Source of the DNA: Utricularia gibba
Taxonomy: Eukaryota; Plantae; Magnoliophyta
DNA length: 64,000 nt
Reading direction: 5' to 3'
NCBI GenBank assembly: GCA_002189035.1
Contig: NEEC01000002.1
Coordinates: forward strand, 5,208,001-5,272,000
Part shown: one piece after another, positions 51,831 to 64,000 of the stretch
How the letters are laid out: each line of letters starts with the position of its first letter
How positions within the stretch are numbered: the first letter of the stretch is position 1
Notes under the pieces: generated by a model
What the model was told of the DNA's origin: nothing
The model's database searches: none
The model's input: only the letters and a program-made list of their open reading frames with translations
Made by a program: the position numbers and the translations under genes

Positions 51831-53403
51831 TGAGCTACGCATTTTGAGCTGGCCTATATCATGTTTCGTTTTTTTAAAAAAAAATACATTGTTTATAAAG
51901 ATCGCTATATTTATATTAGAAATCGTCAATTAAATGAGAAATTAGATAAAAAATTGATTTAAAAATTTAAATGTTTCAAAAATATGAATTCATTAATGTA
52001 ATACCTATTGTTTTTATTTTATTCAAATGTATAATGTGAGTTTCAATTTGGATTCTTGGATTAAATCTAAGTAGATTGAAAGTTGAATTTTATGTTGAAA
52101 ACATTATTTTTTATGTAGAAATCATACAATAAATTGATCGTTAACTAATAATGATGATTTGAATAAATTCGAACATAAAAAATATTGAAATTAAATATAT
52201 TAATGTAATAAATTGAACTTTAACTAAATAATTAAGTGTAAAATCAAATTTTGGTTATATTAAACATATGTTTTCCTATTTTCTTAACATATATAAAAAT
52301 ATTATAATTTTTTGAATTGCTTGATTTGTAAAAAAATTGATTCACATATTATATATTTATTTAATAAAAAAATAAATACTTAATAAAACACAATATGTAA
52401 CTTTTTTTGAAAAGGGAAATATAAATACTTTTGTTCTAATAAATTTTGACGGAGAAAAATAGAAATCTAATAACATGAAAGTGTACCACACGAAGACTAG
52501 GGATTTTAGAATGAAGGAAAGATGATCTAGAAATAGAGTATTTTATGAAAAACTAATAATCGAAATTTTAAATCAATAGTCTTTTACAAATAAGAAAATA
52601 TAACACTGCCCTCCTCCACCATTGACACTTCAATGAACTTTTTTTTTCAAACAATTGATACGGTTAAAATTGAGTAAACTCAGATGAACATAAAATCGAA
52701 ATATCAGTTGCAGTGCTTACAAAGTGCAACTATGTTTCATATGTTTGCAAAAATTAAATTTGAAATTGTAATAACTCAAAGATAAGAATCCATCTTTTCA
52801 CCTTAGGGCGCGTTTGCTTCGTGGGTTTCAGATTTACCCGGGTTTGAATTATTTGGGTATGTATAAACCCATATCCATGGGTTTATACATAAAAAACATG
52901 TTTGGTTTGCAGGTTAGTAGGGTTAAGTTTATTGCTACTTGTGTTTGGTTAGTGGGTTTAGAAAAGATGTGTTTAAAGCATTTTTTGACTTAAATTACTA
53001 AAATGCCCATGGTATGTGAGTATTTTTGGGTATAAAAATAAGACTATTTTGAAACCCTAATCGAATAGGATCGCTCACGCCTTGCCGTCCGAGCACAGCT
53101 TTTGCTTACCAAGCAAATTCTGGTATGCATTTCATATGCACTGTGATGGGTTTCACGGCATGGCCTATGCTTGATTTTTACTAAAGAAAATTATATTGCG
53201 TTCCGCCTATTGATGTTTATTGCAGCGTAGATGTGTTGTTATGTGTTTGAGTCTCACGAGATGCTGTCTTTGACGTTATTTTTTTGTTAATATGATTCAT
53301 AATTGAACTAATTTTGTTGTATTATTAGTGTAGTTTGTAGAAATGATTTTTTTAGATTGTTTAATTACATGTTTGTCTATACCGTCGTTTCTTCCGTAGA
53401 AGA

Positions 53404-54487
53404 ATGAGGACTAGAAAGGAGGATACAGTGAAGACGGTAGCAAGAAATCGAAGCGTCAATGGAAACCAGAAGAGGAGAGACATCTGATATTTACTTTAAA
53501 ACAAGTAGTACAAGATGGATGGAAGGTAGAAAATGGGTTTAGAGGAGGGTATCATCAGGCAATCGAGACCATATTCGTTAAACTTAGACCAGGGAGTGAT
53601 ATATGTGCACATCCCCATATTAGTTCAAAGGTACACAATTGGAAGAAGGAATATTATTTGCTTGTTGATTTCTTATCTAGGTCCGGTACTGCCTTCAATG
53701 AAGTCACAAGTAAATTAGATGCCACTAATGAGCTATGGAATGAACTAGAGCAGGTACATGTTCATTTTATGTATTGTGCACATGCCACTTTACTTATATT
53801 GATGATATTATATTGCAGCATTCCCCCAAGATGAGAGGTTTGCAGCATAAAACATGGCCTTATTACCATGATTGGTTGGAGATATTTGGCACAGATAGAG
53901 CAACAAGTGAAAAATCAATCACTAGTATGAAGACAATATCAAAGAAAAGAGATCATGAAGGTGCTACAAAAGAAATTAGTGAGGTGGGGGACCATGAGGA
54001 GTACATTGATGATGCAAATGAGTTTGGTCAATCGGAAATACCTGTTTTTTTTAATGAAGCCGACTATACTCCTACTTCAGATCCAATAGAACCCTCAGTG
54101 ACTCCAAAAAGCAAGGATTCAGATAGCTACAAAAGGAATTCAGAGCCACTAAGTGTTGACTCCCAAGTGAAGAATGGTAAAAACAAAAGAAGACCGAAGA
54201 TGTTGGATGACCACTCTACCTTTCTAACTGAATCCGACAGCTAAATGCACAAACCTATGCTGAACTTTGCATCATTGATTCTAGGATTGGTGAAAATGAG
54301 AGAGAAAGAGAAGAGAAGCAGATAGCAGTGGCAGAGATTATTCTAGGCATGCCTCTTCAACTAACCACAATGGTGTGCTTTCAAATTTCTGAGATTATTG
54401 GATCAAATCCAGTGAAGCTGAATTTTTTTTGGCATCTAATGAGGCGGAGCGAGAGCTCATTGTTCGAGGCCTGAACACGTTGGGTTG
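53404..54487 (+). pseudogene. PIF/Harbinger ORF1, Myb/SANT-like DNA-binding protein
   Basis: WKPEEERHLI...GWKVENGFRGGY...SKVHNWKKEY; intron 53754-53818; KTWPYYHDWLEIFGTDRAT; frameshifts near 53460 and 54240. Confidence 0.88.
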
Positions 54488-55869
54488 AAGAACTTCCCTT
54501 GTTTTCATTGTTTTCCTTTTTGGACAATGTAGTGTATGGATATTTGCAATTTTCAGTTGATGTTGTCACTTCACTAATTTTTGGAATTTTCATGTGTCAT
54601 GTCCTGATATACTTGCAATCCTAGCTAAGCGAATGCTCTTTCAGAGAAAACATTGTGAAGGAAATTCAGGTGGAGTGTGGGGGTAAACATACGTTAAGGT
54701 AAGTGGTTGCAAGAAGGCACTGCGAAGGTCGCATTGCGGAGTTCCGGACAAGCATTTTTTTGGAAGCGCATGTTATTGGTAAGCACCTCTGAACCAGCAT
54801 GCCAATGTTTGTAAGTTTGTGAAAAACAGGTTTGCAAAATACCATTTTTTAAGAGTAAGTTAAATACCCTTGCATTTCATAATTCATTTTATTAATTATG
54901 AATGAGCGTACATGTATTTGGTGTAACAAACCAAATACCAAACTTTCAAATACCGACATTTCTTAAAAATCATTTACCAAACATAATCAAATTATATGTT
55001 AAACCGAAATACCAAGTACTTGCATTATTTCGGTATTTAGTATTTAATTTAATTCCAAAAATTAAAATATGAAGATTCCTAATTAGGATAAAATTCAAAA
55101 AAAGTATTACATATGATATGTATATAGTTATTTGTTTATTTACTTATACCACTTAATACTTGAAATAATAATATAGATCATATTATTATAATTTTGCACA
55201 CCCATAGCATTGTATGTAGAATAGCTAATAATAAAATTTAAATATACGTTACAAATACTTCTTATGTATATTTTAATGAACACCAAGTACACATTTGTCT
55301 TTAAAACCTTATGTATATTTTAATGAACAACTATAGTTGGACACTCATACTAAGCTTTTGTATTATTTTTAATTTGCAATATTTGGATCCTTAGTTGTTA
55401 TTTGAAGTGAGTGCACATTTTATTTTTTTTTCAATTTGTATTATCCATCGACCCTTGCGTGTTTTTTGGATCGAGTGCGCATTTTATTTAACTTTAAATT
55501 TGTATAGCTCATCAATCGATCCTTAGTTGTTATATGGATCGTGTGCATATTAGTTTTACTCTAAATTTGAATTAACGCGCATCTGGAGGAGTTTAGGAAT
55601 CACCCATCTAGTTAACATTATTAATAATGTCAACTCTTTCAAAATCTCTATATTTTTAATATCAATTGTAATTTGGATCGAATGAACAAATTGTGCGGTA
55701 TTTATGGTGGAAAAAGTCCCACACCGGTTGTCTGTCCTTGTTGATTTAGATGGAAGCATAGAATGCATTATTTTTTTTTTGAGAAATTGGTGATAGCCAC
55801 AAAACCCCTGTTTGATGGAATCTACAAACAGACACCACATAGGCAACCACATATAAAATGTTCGGTGCT

Positions 55870-57372
55870 AAGTTTAATGCTAAAGCAATACCTTTGTACT
55901 AATCCCACAAAGGGTGGTCATTGGTTAATGGCTATTGTCCTATGTGACGAATTGCAAGCATGCTCGACACGTCCATTGCCTGCAACAAGTCTTCTAAAAA
56001 TACTCCTATTTCATCGTCCTCACCCAATGCACATTCGGCCACATCCGTGTATTTATATGCGGCCAGGAACACAACATTATCATGCTACCAGAGTAAGAAA
56101 AAAACTTCACATTACACACCAAAATCCAAATGCATAAATAGGAAATTTATTATGAATGCTTACCGGATTTTTAATTGACTTACAGGGTGAATCATCAATG
56201 AGTAGTGTGTTTGATTTATTATATTTTCCCTGGAATTTGTTGCAACTCCATATGCGACTTAGTTCTTTGAGTCTCACGAGCTTGTTGGGGTTGTCATGTG
56301 CACACATCTGTACATGTGTGGCTTGTTCATCATCCCAAGTGAATGCAAGTTGATGTGTCCAGTCGTCCCCAAAGACCCACTTCACAATTTGCACCAGCTA
56401 TGGTCTACATTGACAGAAATTAGGGACACAAGTGTTCGGGATCATAATGGAATGGATGGAAGGAAGTCTTACCCACGTCTAGATGACTAGATACCTACAT
56501 CAAATTTGTCCAGCACCATTGGATGAATTGTCTAGCGTGTGGTCGCAGGAACACTCCAAAAACAATGAAGCAAACAGATTAATAAACACATGCGGCGCCA
56601 TAAGAAAGAAAGCTTCATGCGATCCAAATGTATTACCAAATCGGCCATAGATGACTGCATATGCTAGTCGTTGGAGTCTTTCAGCACCCCTCATGAATAT
56701 TACATCAGCGAGAACACCATTCACATAAAAAACCAGTAGCTTACGAGGTGGTTGTATAGTTCCTGATGATGGCCCCGCATTTGGCCATCTATTCTCATAC
56801 CACTGTAGTTTGCTCCAAAGTTCTTCATTCTCTACAACCAGTCGTTGGAATTCAGGGTCGGGTGCATTCCTTTGATCAGCCAAGGATGCACTGTCATTGG
56901 TAGTCCCCATCTCATTGGTGTCATTAGTTTCTATGCTATGGAGCTCATCTTCATTCTCAGCTCCAAGGGGGTCATCATTTTGTTCCTCAACCCTGTGTGC
57001 ATGTGCACTTCAGGATGTGCCACACCATAGCTTGACAATTCCTCGAGCATTAGTACATGGTGGCAAAACATCCTCTAACTCATTATTTGCACCAAACAAC
57101 TCAATTAGTTGATGCACCTCACCTTTGGTCAGTTTTTTGAAACCTGACACGTACAAACAAAAAATTAGTATATGTGCAAGAGATGGATAGAACATAGATG
57201 CAAGCAATAAGACTAGTATCATACCCTTTGGCTTGCCTACATCCTTGTTAGTTGCTAATATCCGTGGAAAATCTGGCTCTGTAGGAGGAGTTATCCACAC
57301 AAAACTCGACCACCAATTGTCATAGCCACTACGAAGTTTGGTCATCAACACTACCCGAGGCTTGCCCCTCAA
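55870..57372 (-). pseudogene. FCP1/NIF-family (HAD superfamily) phosphatase-like gene inside the PIF element
   Basis: After removing GT-AG introns 57144-57224, 56554-56636, 56405-56472 and 56085-56163: RKLLVFYVNGVLAD, VFLRPHARQFIQWC, FDVGI*SSR, LAFTWD, LKELSRIW, YNKSNTLLIDDSPCKSIKNP, HDNVVF...ALG...VFLEDL...HIGQ. Several stops and frameshifts. Confidence 0.85.
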
Positions 57373-57939
57373 GCAAAAATGCTTGTGTCCTTTCTCTTAA
57401 CACAGACGCTAACTGCGAAGAAGGTTTGTAATTCACATGGGACACTTTCATCCCTACAGATACTTTCAAATGCAAGAGTATATGTGATAAAACGAGGAGT
57501 TAAATGAGAAAGGGGGATATGTAATGATCTCAGAATCTGCGTGAGTAGCGAGCTTAGTGGTAGTCTCTAGCCACACCGAAAATGTTCGGTGCTAACTGCG
57601 AAACCGGTTGCACCAATGCGAAGAGGCGGCTCGTCATCTATACACTCATCGGCTTGGGTCTCCCAGATCCAATACGTCACTGGAATGGAAAATCTCAAAC
57701 AAAGTTTCTCGTTTGTCAACATCTTGTATGAAAAGCAAGTAAGCAGACACCGATTTCCACGCGACAATACTAATACACAGAGCAATCAAAATTACCGTTG
57801 TAACTTACGAAATGCTGACAGATAGATGAAGAACAACAGTTTTGTAGAAGGCGAATTGAAGATATTCAAGGGACATGTTACAGTGCAAATTACGTACATA
57901 TAACTAATAATAGGAGGATTGCTATGTCAAAAAAATTAC

Positions 57940-58788
57940 CTCTATTAACGCATACCCTATCTTCTCATGTTAGTGCATCATTTAGTACCCTATTGTCGAC
58001 GGCGGAACCCTCCCATCCAGCAAGAATATAGATAAAACGCATATTCTCATCGCATACACCAAGCACATTGGTAGATATTTGGCCTTTGCGATTACAGTAC
58101 CTGGGTTTCTCATCAGAGCTCACCCGCAGGCCAATATATGTGCCATCCAATGCTCCTACGCAGTTCTACAAGAACATAATGGAAATGCGTGCAATACGGG
58201 CACTACATTAATGCTAGAAATAAGAAATATCAAGCTAAATGCACTAGAATGTACCTAAAAGTACTTAAATCTATCCTGTGTGGACTGATTATTTTCAAGC
58301 CTTTCGAAGAGAATATCTTTGAGAGTGAGAACTGCGTCCAAAACTTCTTTAAAATACCGAGATAATGTCTCTGTCGATAGTCTAAAAATATGTTTTTGAA
58401 CTCGCATTTTTTTGTGATGCGATAATACTCCCAAAAACATAGCAACCTTCTCATAAATGCTCACATATTTCCCTAGTTGTAGATTTGCACGCACTTGCAA
58501 AATGTAACATAGCTTTCTGAATACATCTTTTGATAACCTTAGATTTTCTAACGATGCCGAATTAGAGTCTCTTAAAAGACTACTTAAATAGTCAACTTGT
58601 CTGTTCATCTTTGCGTTCATAAAATACTTGCATTTACGTTTTTGTCTTCCACAATAACGAGTCCAATAAAGATAGACAATAAAATTTAACCTAACTAGGT
58701 ATTCTGATAACACACATGTAATAGCAGCTAACACAGCCTCATTTTCAGACTCGTAAGACCTCACCAACATTTCATTGCTCGAACCCAC
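57940..58788 (-). pseudogene. PIF/Harbinger DDE transposase (HARBI1-like), 3'-truncated
   Basis: [73 protein letters not shown]; the expected downstream DAGY and third-catalytic-residue exon was not found. Confidence 0.9.
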
Positions 58789-59316
58789 TACTCACCACAA
58801 GATGGATTAAATTAGAGCATAAAAAAAGTTTAATAATAAATACAACCACACCCAACCGTATGCTTGCAGACAACAGCCATGCGCACCTTACCCAAGATTC
58901 ATTGTCGCAATTTTACAAAAGATTGGCCATGTGGAAGACAGTGATGTGCGCAAATTAAGGAGCATGACACCAACAGTAATTTTAGTAAAAACAAGGGCAT
59001 GATTGGAAGTAAATAATAAGGAGAGGGCTAAAATTTGAAACGCAGCATGGTTAAAGATGGGTATATTTAAACCCACCTCTCTAGATGGGTTTATATAAAC
59101 CCATATGTGCGGGTTGCCGATAGGTTTAAATAAACTTGCTGGGTAAATTTATACCCGATAAGAACCTACATACCAAACAGACCTATTACATTAAACAAAC
59201 CTATAAACCTACCTAAACCCACGAAGCAAACGCGCCCTTATTGTGTTCCCATATCTAGAATCTTACATCTATGGTGTGGAATTCGCATATCTTTTGCAAA
59301 CTTTAGAATTTCATCA

Positions 59317-60379
59317 TGATGGAAGGAAAATTTCTAAAGGTGTCGCATTCCTAAAGACTTTCCTTATCAAAAGATACTTATAAGACTAAACAAGCAGTCT
59401 ACAACACATTCACAAAGAAAATAATGCGGTAGAGGTAAGTCCAGGTCGATCCATTGGAAACAAACAATTTTTCATTGTAAGTCTTATGTGCAAGCATGAT
59501 TAAATAGGGGGTTTTGTTTGGTAGAAGCTTTCTACTCTAAAGAAATCACTAATAATTCATGAGACAACTTCTACACTAAAACAGGCTACCAAATACATAG
59601 ATCAGCCTTTTTTGGAAATTTAAAAAGTAACTATTTCACTTAAACCGAAAATTAATCATGCTTAATGGAAACTTAGACAACTTCAGGATACTATCCCGAT
59701 TCATGCATGAAAGCAATAAACAACACAAGGAAGAGAAATATGCTAAGCTAGAAACACTCAAAGAAGATGAACGTCCAGCAGGAAATATTAAGTGAACTAG
59801 GAGGTAGTGAAAATGCAGAAATAAAACACAGAAAATAAAAGAAGTTTGTTCAAGTCTTCCTATCCGTTCTCGCACCCGCTTCAGCTTCTTCTTCTCATCA
59901 GATTGGTCTAAAGGACTGCTAGGATGGTTCCAAGTGCCCTGCTACCGTTCTGGGCGATGGAGATGCTTCTAGTGTCACTCTAGAACTACTTCCGTCATCA
60001 ACTTTGCGCAGACAGATCTCTGTTCTTCGGAGCTCCAGGCACTAGAGTTGAGTTCCACTGTCATGTTGGAACTATCCCTCCTTCATCTTCTTCCCTGAAA
60101 TTGGTTCGAACTCGCCGGAAAATCACTCTCAACGTTGGGAAAGAAATCGTTCTCTCTCTCTACTCGATCACCTGCCCCTGTTGCATGCCTTGGGGAGGCT
60201 AGCTTCACCTCACTCATTGTCGTTCCATGTTTCCTGCTAGTAGTCTTATTTCCTCACGCATGCAAACGTGTAATTCCTATTTTTCTCTTGGACTAATAAA
60301 TGCTGCCAACATGAGCTGGGACTGGATGAATAGTTAGTTTACCCAACAAGAAAATTGATGCAAAATAGGCTCAAAACAC
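59317..60379 (-). mobile_element. Athila-like LTR family B, 5'-truncated
   Basis: TGATGGAAGGAAAATTTCTAAAGG start matches 17158; colinear with 17158-18270. Confidence 0.8.
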
Positions 60380-60595
60380 ATTTTTAATAGTAAACCATCT
60401 ATCCAATCTACTTTTCACATGCAGAATCTCTTCCTCAGAGGTACCTACAATGAGGATGTCATCCACATAAACGAGGAGGATGGTCATGGATTGTGCTGTC
60501 CGTTTCAGAAATAGACATGGATCGTGGTTGCTTTGGTTGAAATGAATGGTCTCCAATTTGCAAGTAAGTTCCTTGTTCCATTGTTCAATTTGCAA
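60380..60595 (-). pseudogene. Ty1/copia reverse transcriptase fragment
   Basis: QSNHDPCLF...LLVYVDDILIVG. Confidence 0.88.
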
Positions 60596-60599
60596 AATG

Positions 60600-61408
60600 T
60601 ATGGCCGTTCGCGGCTAGAAACTTCTGTTTCTGGGTTGGAACACCACCAGATCTATGTTTCATTAGCTTATCTTCACATTTTCTCTAAATCCGAACGGGT
60701 TTCGTATGTCTTCGCGCGACTATATTGCAGTCTTTCTGTAACAGCCCCTTTATTCAAGATTCATGGTTAGCTAATCACTACCCGCGGGTTTTGGAGAGGA
60801 GCAAGTTGGAAAGCATCAACTCACGCCCCTTTGGTAGGAGGAAGACTATGTTTTGTCTATGGCCGTACCTTAGGATCAATGGATAGGTAGTGACCTCGTA
60901 TCTAGACTCATTGTGTCATTGGCAACACTCGGGCACACGCGCGCGATTTGGCTGTGAGGGTATGCTGGCAGGACCTCGTATTCTCACGTTCGTCCAAGGA
61001 GGAGCAACATCGGGTTATTCCCGTGCCTTCTTGCAAGAGAGTGTAAGGGGGGTAGACAATTCCTTACTCCTATAACCGGGTACTAGAGAAGACCAGAGAA
61101 AAGTGAAGATATAACGAACATAGCTGGACAGGATTCCAAACCCAGGAATAATTGCTTTATTTAAGGTTCATCGTTTACGTTTATTTCAATTGTCTATTCA
61201 AAACCCCCTTATTTCCATTACTCAAGCTTCATCATCAACGTTTCTCGCACTTTTTACATTCAAAACCGTTTACAAATCATGACAGTTGTATGCGGGGTAC
61301 CTCACCTTTCACTTAAAAACAACTCCCTGTGCTCGACACCTGTACTATGCTTTTGTGTTTTACGTGTTTTAAAAATATTAAAATTTGTTGTGGAAATGAC
61401 ACGCATCA
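60600..61408 (+). mobile_element. LTR-like fragment of a further Ty3 family
   Basis: GC-richer non-coding segment with TATA-like CCTATAA, ending ...ATGACACGCATCA where the hAT frame resumes. Confidence 0.45.
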
Positions 61409-63242
61409 GTAATATGCAAATACTGTCGTGTTTCTTATAAGCATGGAAAAGGTGGTTCAACTTCGAATTTTTTGAGACATATAGTGAATAAACATCCTGA
61501 TAGATGCAATAGTAATACTTTTCAATCTACTTTAAATGTTGCTGGAGGTAATCTTGCTACAAAATTTACATTCGATAATGAAGTAGCTTAAGTTGATTAT
61601 GTTCTTGTTTTGTTAGCTAGTGGAAAACCTTTTACTCAAGTTGAAAATCCATTCATGTCAACTTTTTTTAAAAACTAGATTGCAACCTCATTTTATGTCT
61701 TTTTCTAGAAGAAAAGCTGATCGGATTGCCTTTGACCAATTTGAAAAAAAAAACAGCTTTAATTTCATCATTTCAATCTCTAAAATGTTGGTTTGCATTG
61801 ACTGCTAATGGTTGGCATGGTAATAATGGTGAGGATTATGTTGTTGTCACTGCTAATTGGATTGATGATTTATGGATTATGAAAAAAAGAGTTTTAGCAT
61901 TTAGACCTTATGACACTCCACACACAGGTGCCCAAATTGTTGAATTGATTACTATTGTTTTTGTTGAATATGGCATTATTGAACGTGTATTTTTTATTAC
62001 TCTTGATAATGCTTTTAATAATTCAAATGCTATTTCAAGCTTGAAAACCTCTATTAATCCTCCTTTAGGTGGTGTTTTTTTTCATTCAAGATGTGTTTGT
62101 CATATTTTGAATTTATGTGTGCAAGATGCTTTACGAATATATGATTTTACAGATGCTCTTGTTTCATTGCATAAGTTGGTTAAGTTAGTCAAGAAATCTA
62201 GTCTTAAAAGAGCCATTTTCAAAAATCTTTGTGAGGCTAGAGGCATTGCATATAGAACTTTAAAAAAGGATTGTTCAACTAGATGGAATTCTACTCTTCA
62301 CATGCTTAGATCTTTGTTTCCATATAAGAGTATTATTCCCTTATTTATGAGAATGCATGTTGATCAAAATTGTTCAATTGATTCTTAAATATTTTTGGAA
62401 TTTCAAACTTTGTGTGAAATGTTTGATGTTTTTTAGAAGTATACTGCTTTATTTAGTGGTTGTTATTATCCAACACTCATTTAGTGTTACCAGCTTTAGT
62501 TACTATTTCAAGTACATTTAAAAAGTATGCTAAAGTTGAGTTTTTGTTAGAAATTGTTTCAATGATGGTTGAAAAATTCGTTAAGTATTTTCTCAATGTT
62601 CTTGTTCTGTTTCTTATCTCCAATATACTTGATCCAAGAGTTAAAGCTACTGGTTTACAAACTGGTTTGAAAGTTTATTGTTCTTATGTTTGTTCTCTTA
62701 AGTTTCCATTATGTCAACCTAATGCTCAATATATGTATGACACTGCAATCACTGCTTTAAATACTTTGTATGACTTATTTGAGGTTGAGACTGGTTGTGC
62801 TAGATCTGTTTCTGAGGTGGCTGAATTTGGCCAACCTTCTGGAATAGATGATTTTTATGCTATGGTTTCAGCTTCTCCTAAAAATTTCACAAAAACCATT
62901 GAGATTGCTTTGTACAATGCAATGCATCAAGTGCAGCATAAAGGAGAAAACTTTGACATTTTGGCTTGGTGGAAGGGTCAATCCTCGGTTTATCCTACTT
63001 TGGCAGCAGTGGCTAGAGCAATTCTCACATCCCCTATGTCTACAGTTGCATCAGAAAGTGCATTCAGTCTAGGTGGAAGAGTATTGTCACCAAGGCGGCT
63101 CAAATTAGCAGATAAAACATTGGAGGTTTGCATTTGTTTGAAGGATTGGACTGGAGCAAATCATAGAATGCAAAATCTTGTCTTAGATGAAGATAATGAT
63201 GATGACGACGAAGATGATGGTTCTACATCAGAAAAAGAGTAA
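61409..63242 (+). pseudogene. hAT (Ac/DAYSLEEPER/RICESLEEPER-like) transposase pseudogene
   Basis: BED finger CKYC...STSNFLRHIVNKH, LTANGW, ITLDNA, RCVCHILNL, TRWNST, dimerisation domain FDILAWWK...STVASESAFS; stops near 61588, 62388 and 62436, and a frameshift at the A-run near 61745. Confidence 0.93.
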
Positions 63243-63734
63243 ACTTTTTTTCATTATTAATGTTTTTAGTTATTTTTATATTTGAAACTAACAAAAAAAA
63301 AGAGGAGTAAAAACTACACAACCAGTCTCAAGCCTGGAAAAAGGAGGAGGAAAAACTTGTATATTTTTGTTATAGTTTTTGTACATATTCATTCATTTTA
63401 GTTTTACTTATATTAAAAGACATAATTTATATTATGATTATTTCTTATAGATTTGATTCAAAAAATAGAGTTTTCTACTTACATTTCATCAAGTGAATGT
63501 ACATAAAATATAAAAATTTGTTTCATATTCATAAATAATTGTTTTATGATAATTAAAAGATGTAATAGAGTTGTGATTCATACTCTACCTAGCCCCACCC
63601 CACCTCTTCTATCCAATCCAATCCAACCATATTATTAATTGACGAGACAATCATTATGTGTCATGTCAGTCTTCAATTGATCATCATGTCAGTTCTCCCA
63701 TTCTCATTGCAGCCAGTCTCTCTCCTCTTATCTA

Positions 63735-63906
63735 GGTGATTGATTAACGGGTCACAACTCACCAACCCATAATTGAATGACCCGTGGGTACGGGTTGAGT
63801 CAAGGGTTGAGACCCGTCGACCTGTGACTTATCGACCCGTGACCCAGTACATGACCCGCCTGGGTGAACCTGTGACCCGGCGATTCATGACTCGTGCCCA
63901 GGTCTA
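63735..63906. mobile_element. Right subterminal region and TIR of a hAT element
   Basis: Dense GACCCG motifs ending ACTCGTGCCCAGGTCTA, whose reverse complement TAGACCTGGGCACGAGT matches the TIR of the MITE at 6892; no left TIR found in the window. Confidence 0.75.
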
Positions 63907-64000
63907 ATTGTGTCCTCCAAAAAGACAAAAATTACATTTTTTATACACTTTTCTTGTGGAGGGCGCTGCATTGTACTCTTTGCGCTTGTCCACAGTGTTC

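Larger units (their letters stand above)
52806..59237. mobile_element. PIF/Harbinger DNA transposon, 6432 bp
   Basis: Perfect 23-bp TIR GGGCGCGTTTGCTTCGTGGGTTT; TSD TTA (52803-52805, 59238-59240); convergent Myb-like ORF1 and DDE transposase. Confidence 0.96.

Noticed and set aside
48408-52000. Complete MULE around the MuDR fragment at 51326
   Set aside because: No matching TIR pair or TSD was found; only the fragment is reported.
52480-52802. Left end of the hAT element upstream of the Harbinger
   Set aside because: Neither a TAGACCTG TIR nor an ATTGTGTC TSD was found there.

Overview
AT-rich plant nuclear DNA (probably a eudicot; species cannot be determined), dominated by transposable elements. 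There is no prokaryotic, organellar, rRNA, tRNA or CRISPR signal. Host genes: one intact 5-exon group-E-like bZIP gene (14855-16237, with a GC-AG intron) and a tandem cluster of three secreted GDSL/SGNH esterase-like genes. Copy A (31342-34637) is near-intact, copy B (39759-43259) has a solo LTR in exon 4, and copy C (47787-47873) is a 28-codon stub. A and B both lack the catalytic His of block V and carry C-terminal Pro/Ser-rich tails built from a 66-bp unit. Mobile DNA: CRM-type Ty3 remnants, Ty1/copia remnants, five copies of one Athila-type LTR family (two solo LTRs with perfect TSDs, one with a single-mismatch TSD), three copies of a second Athila-like LTR family, an Angela-like solo LTR, two TIR/TSD-bounded MULEs, a hAT MITE and a decayed hAT transposase. 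A 6.4-kb PIF/Harbinger element (52806-59237) carries, besides its Myb-like ORF1 and DDE transposase, a third intron-containing gene for an FCP1/NIF-type HAD-phosphatase-like domain. The two leading candidates for something undescribed are this three-gene Harbinger and the His-less GDSL-glycoprotein chimeras. Family assignments come from motif recognition by eye; no searches were run.
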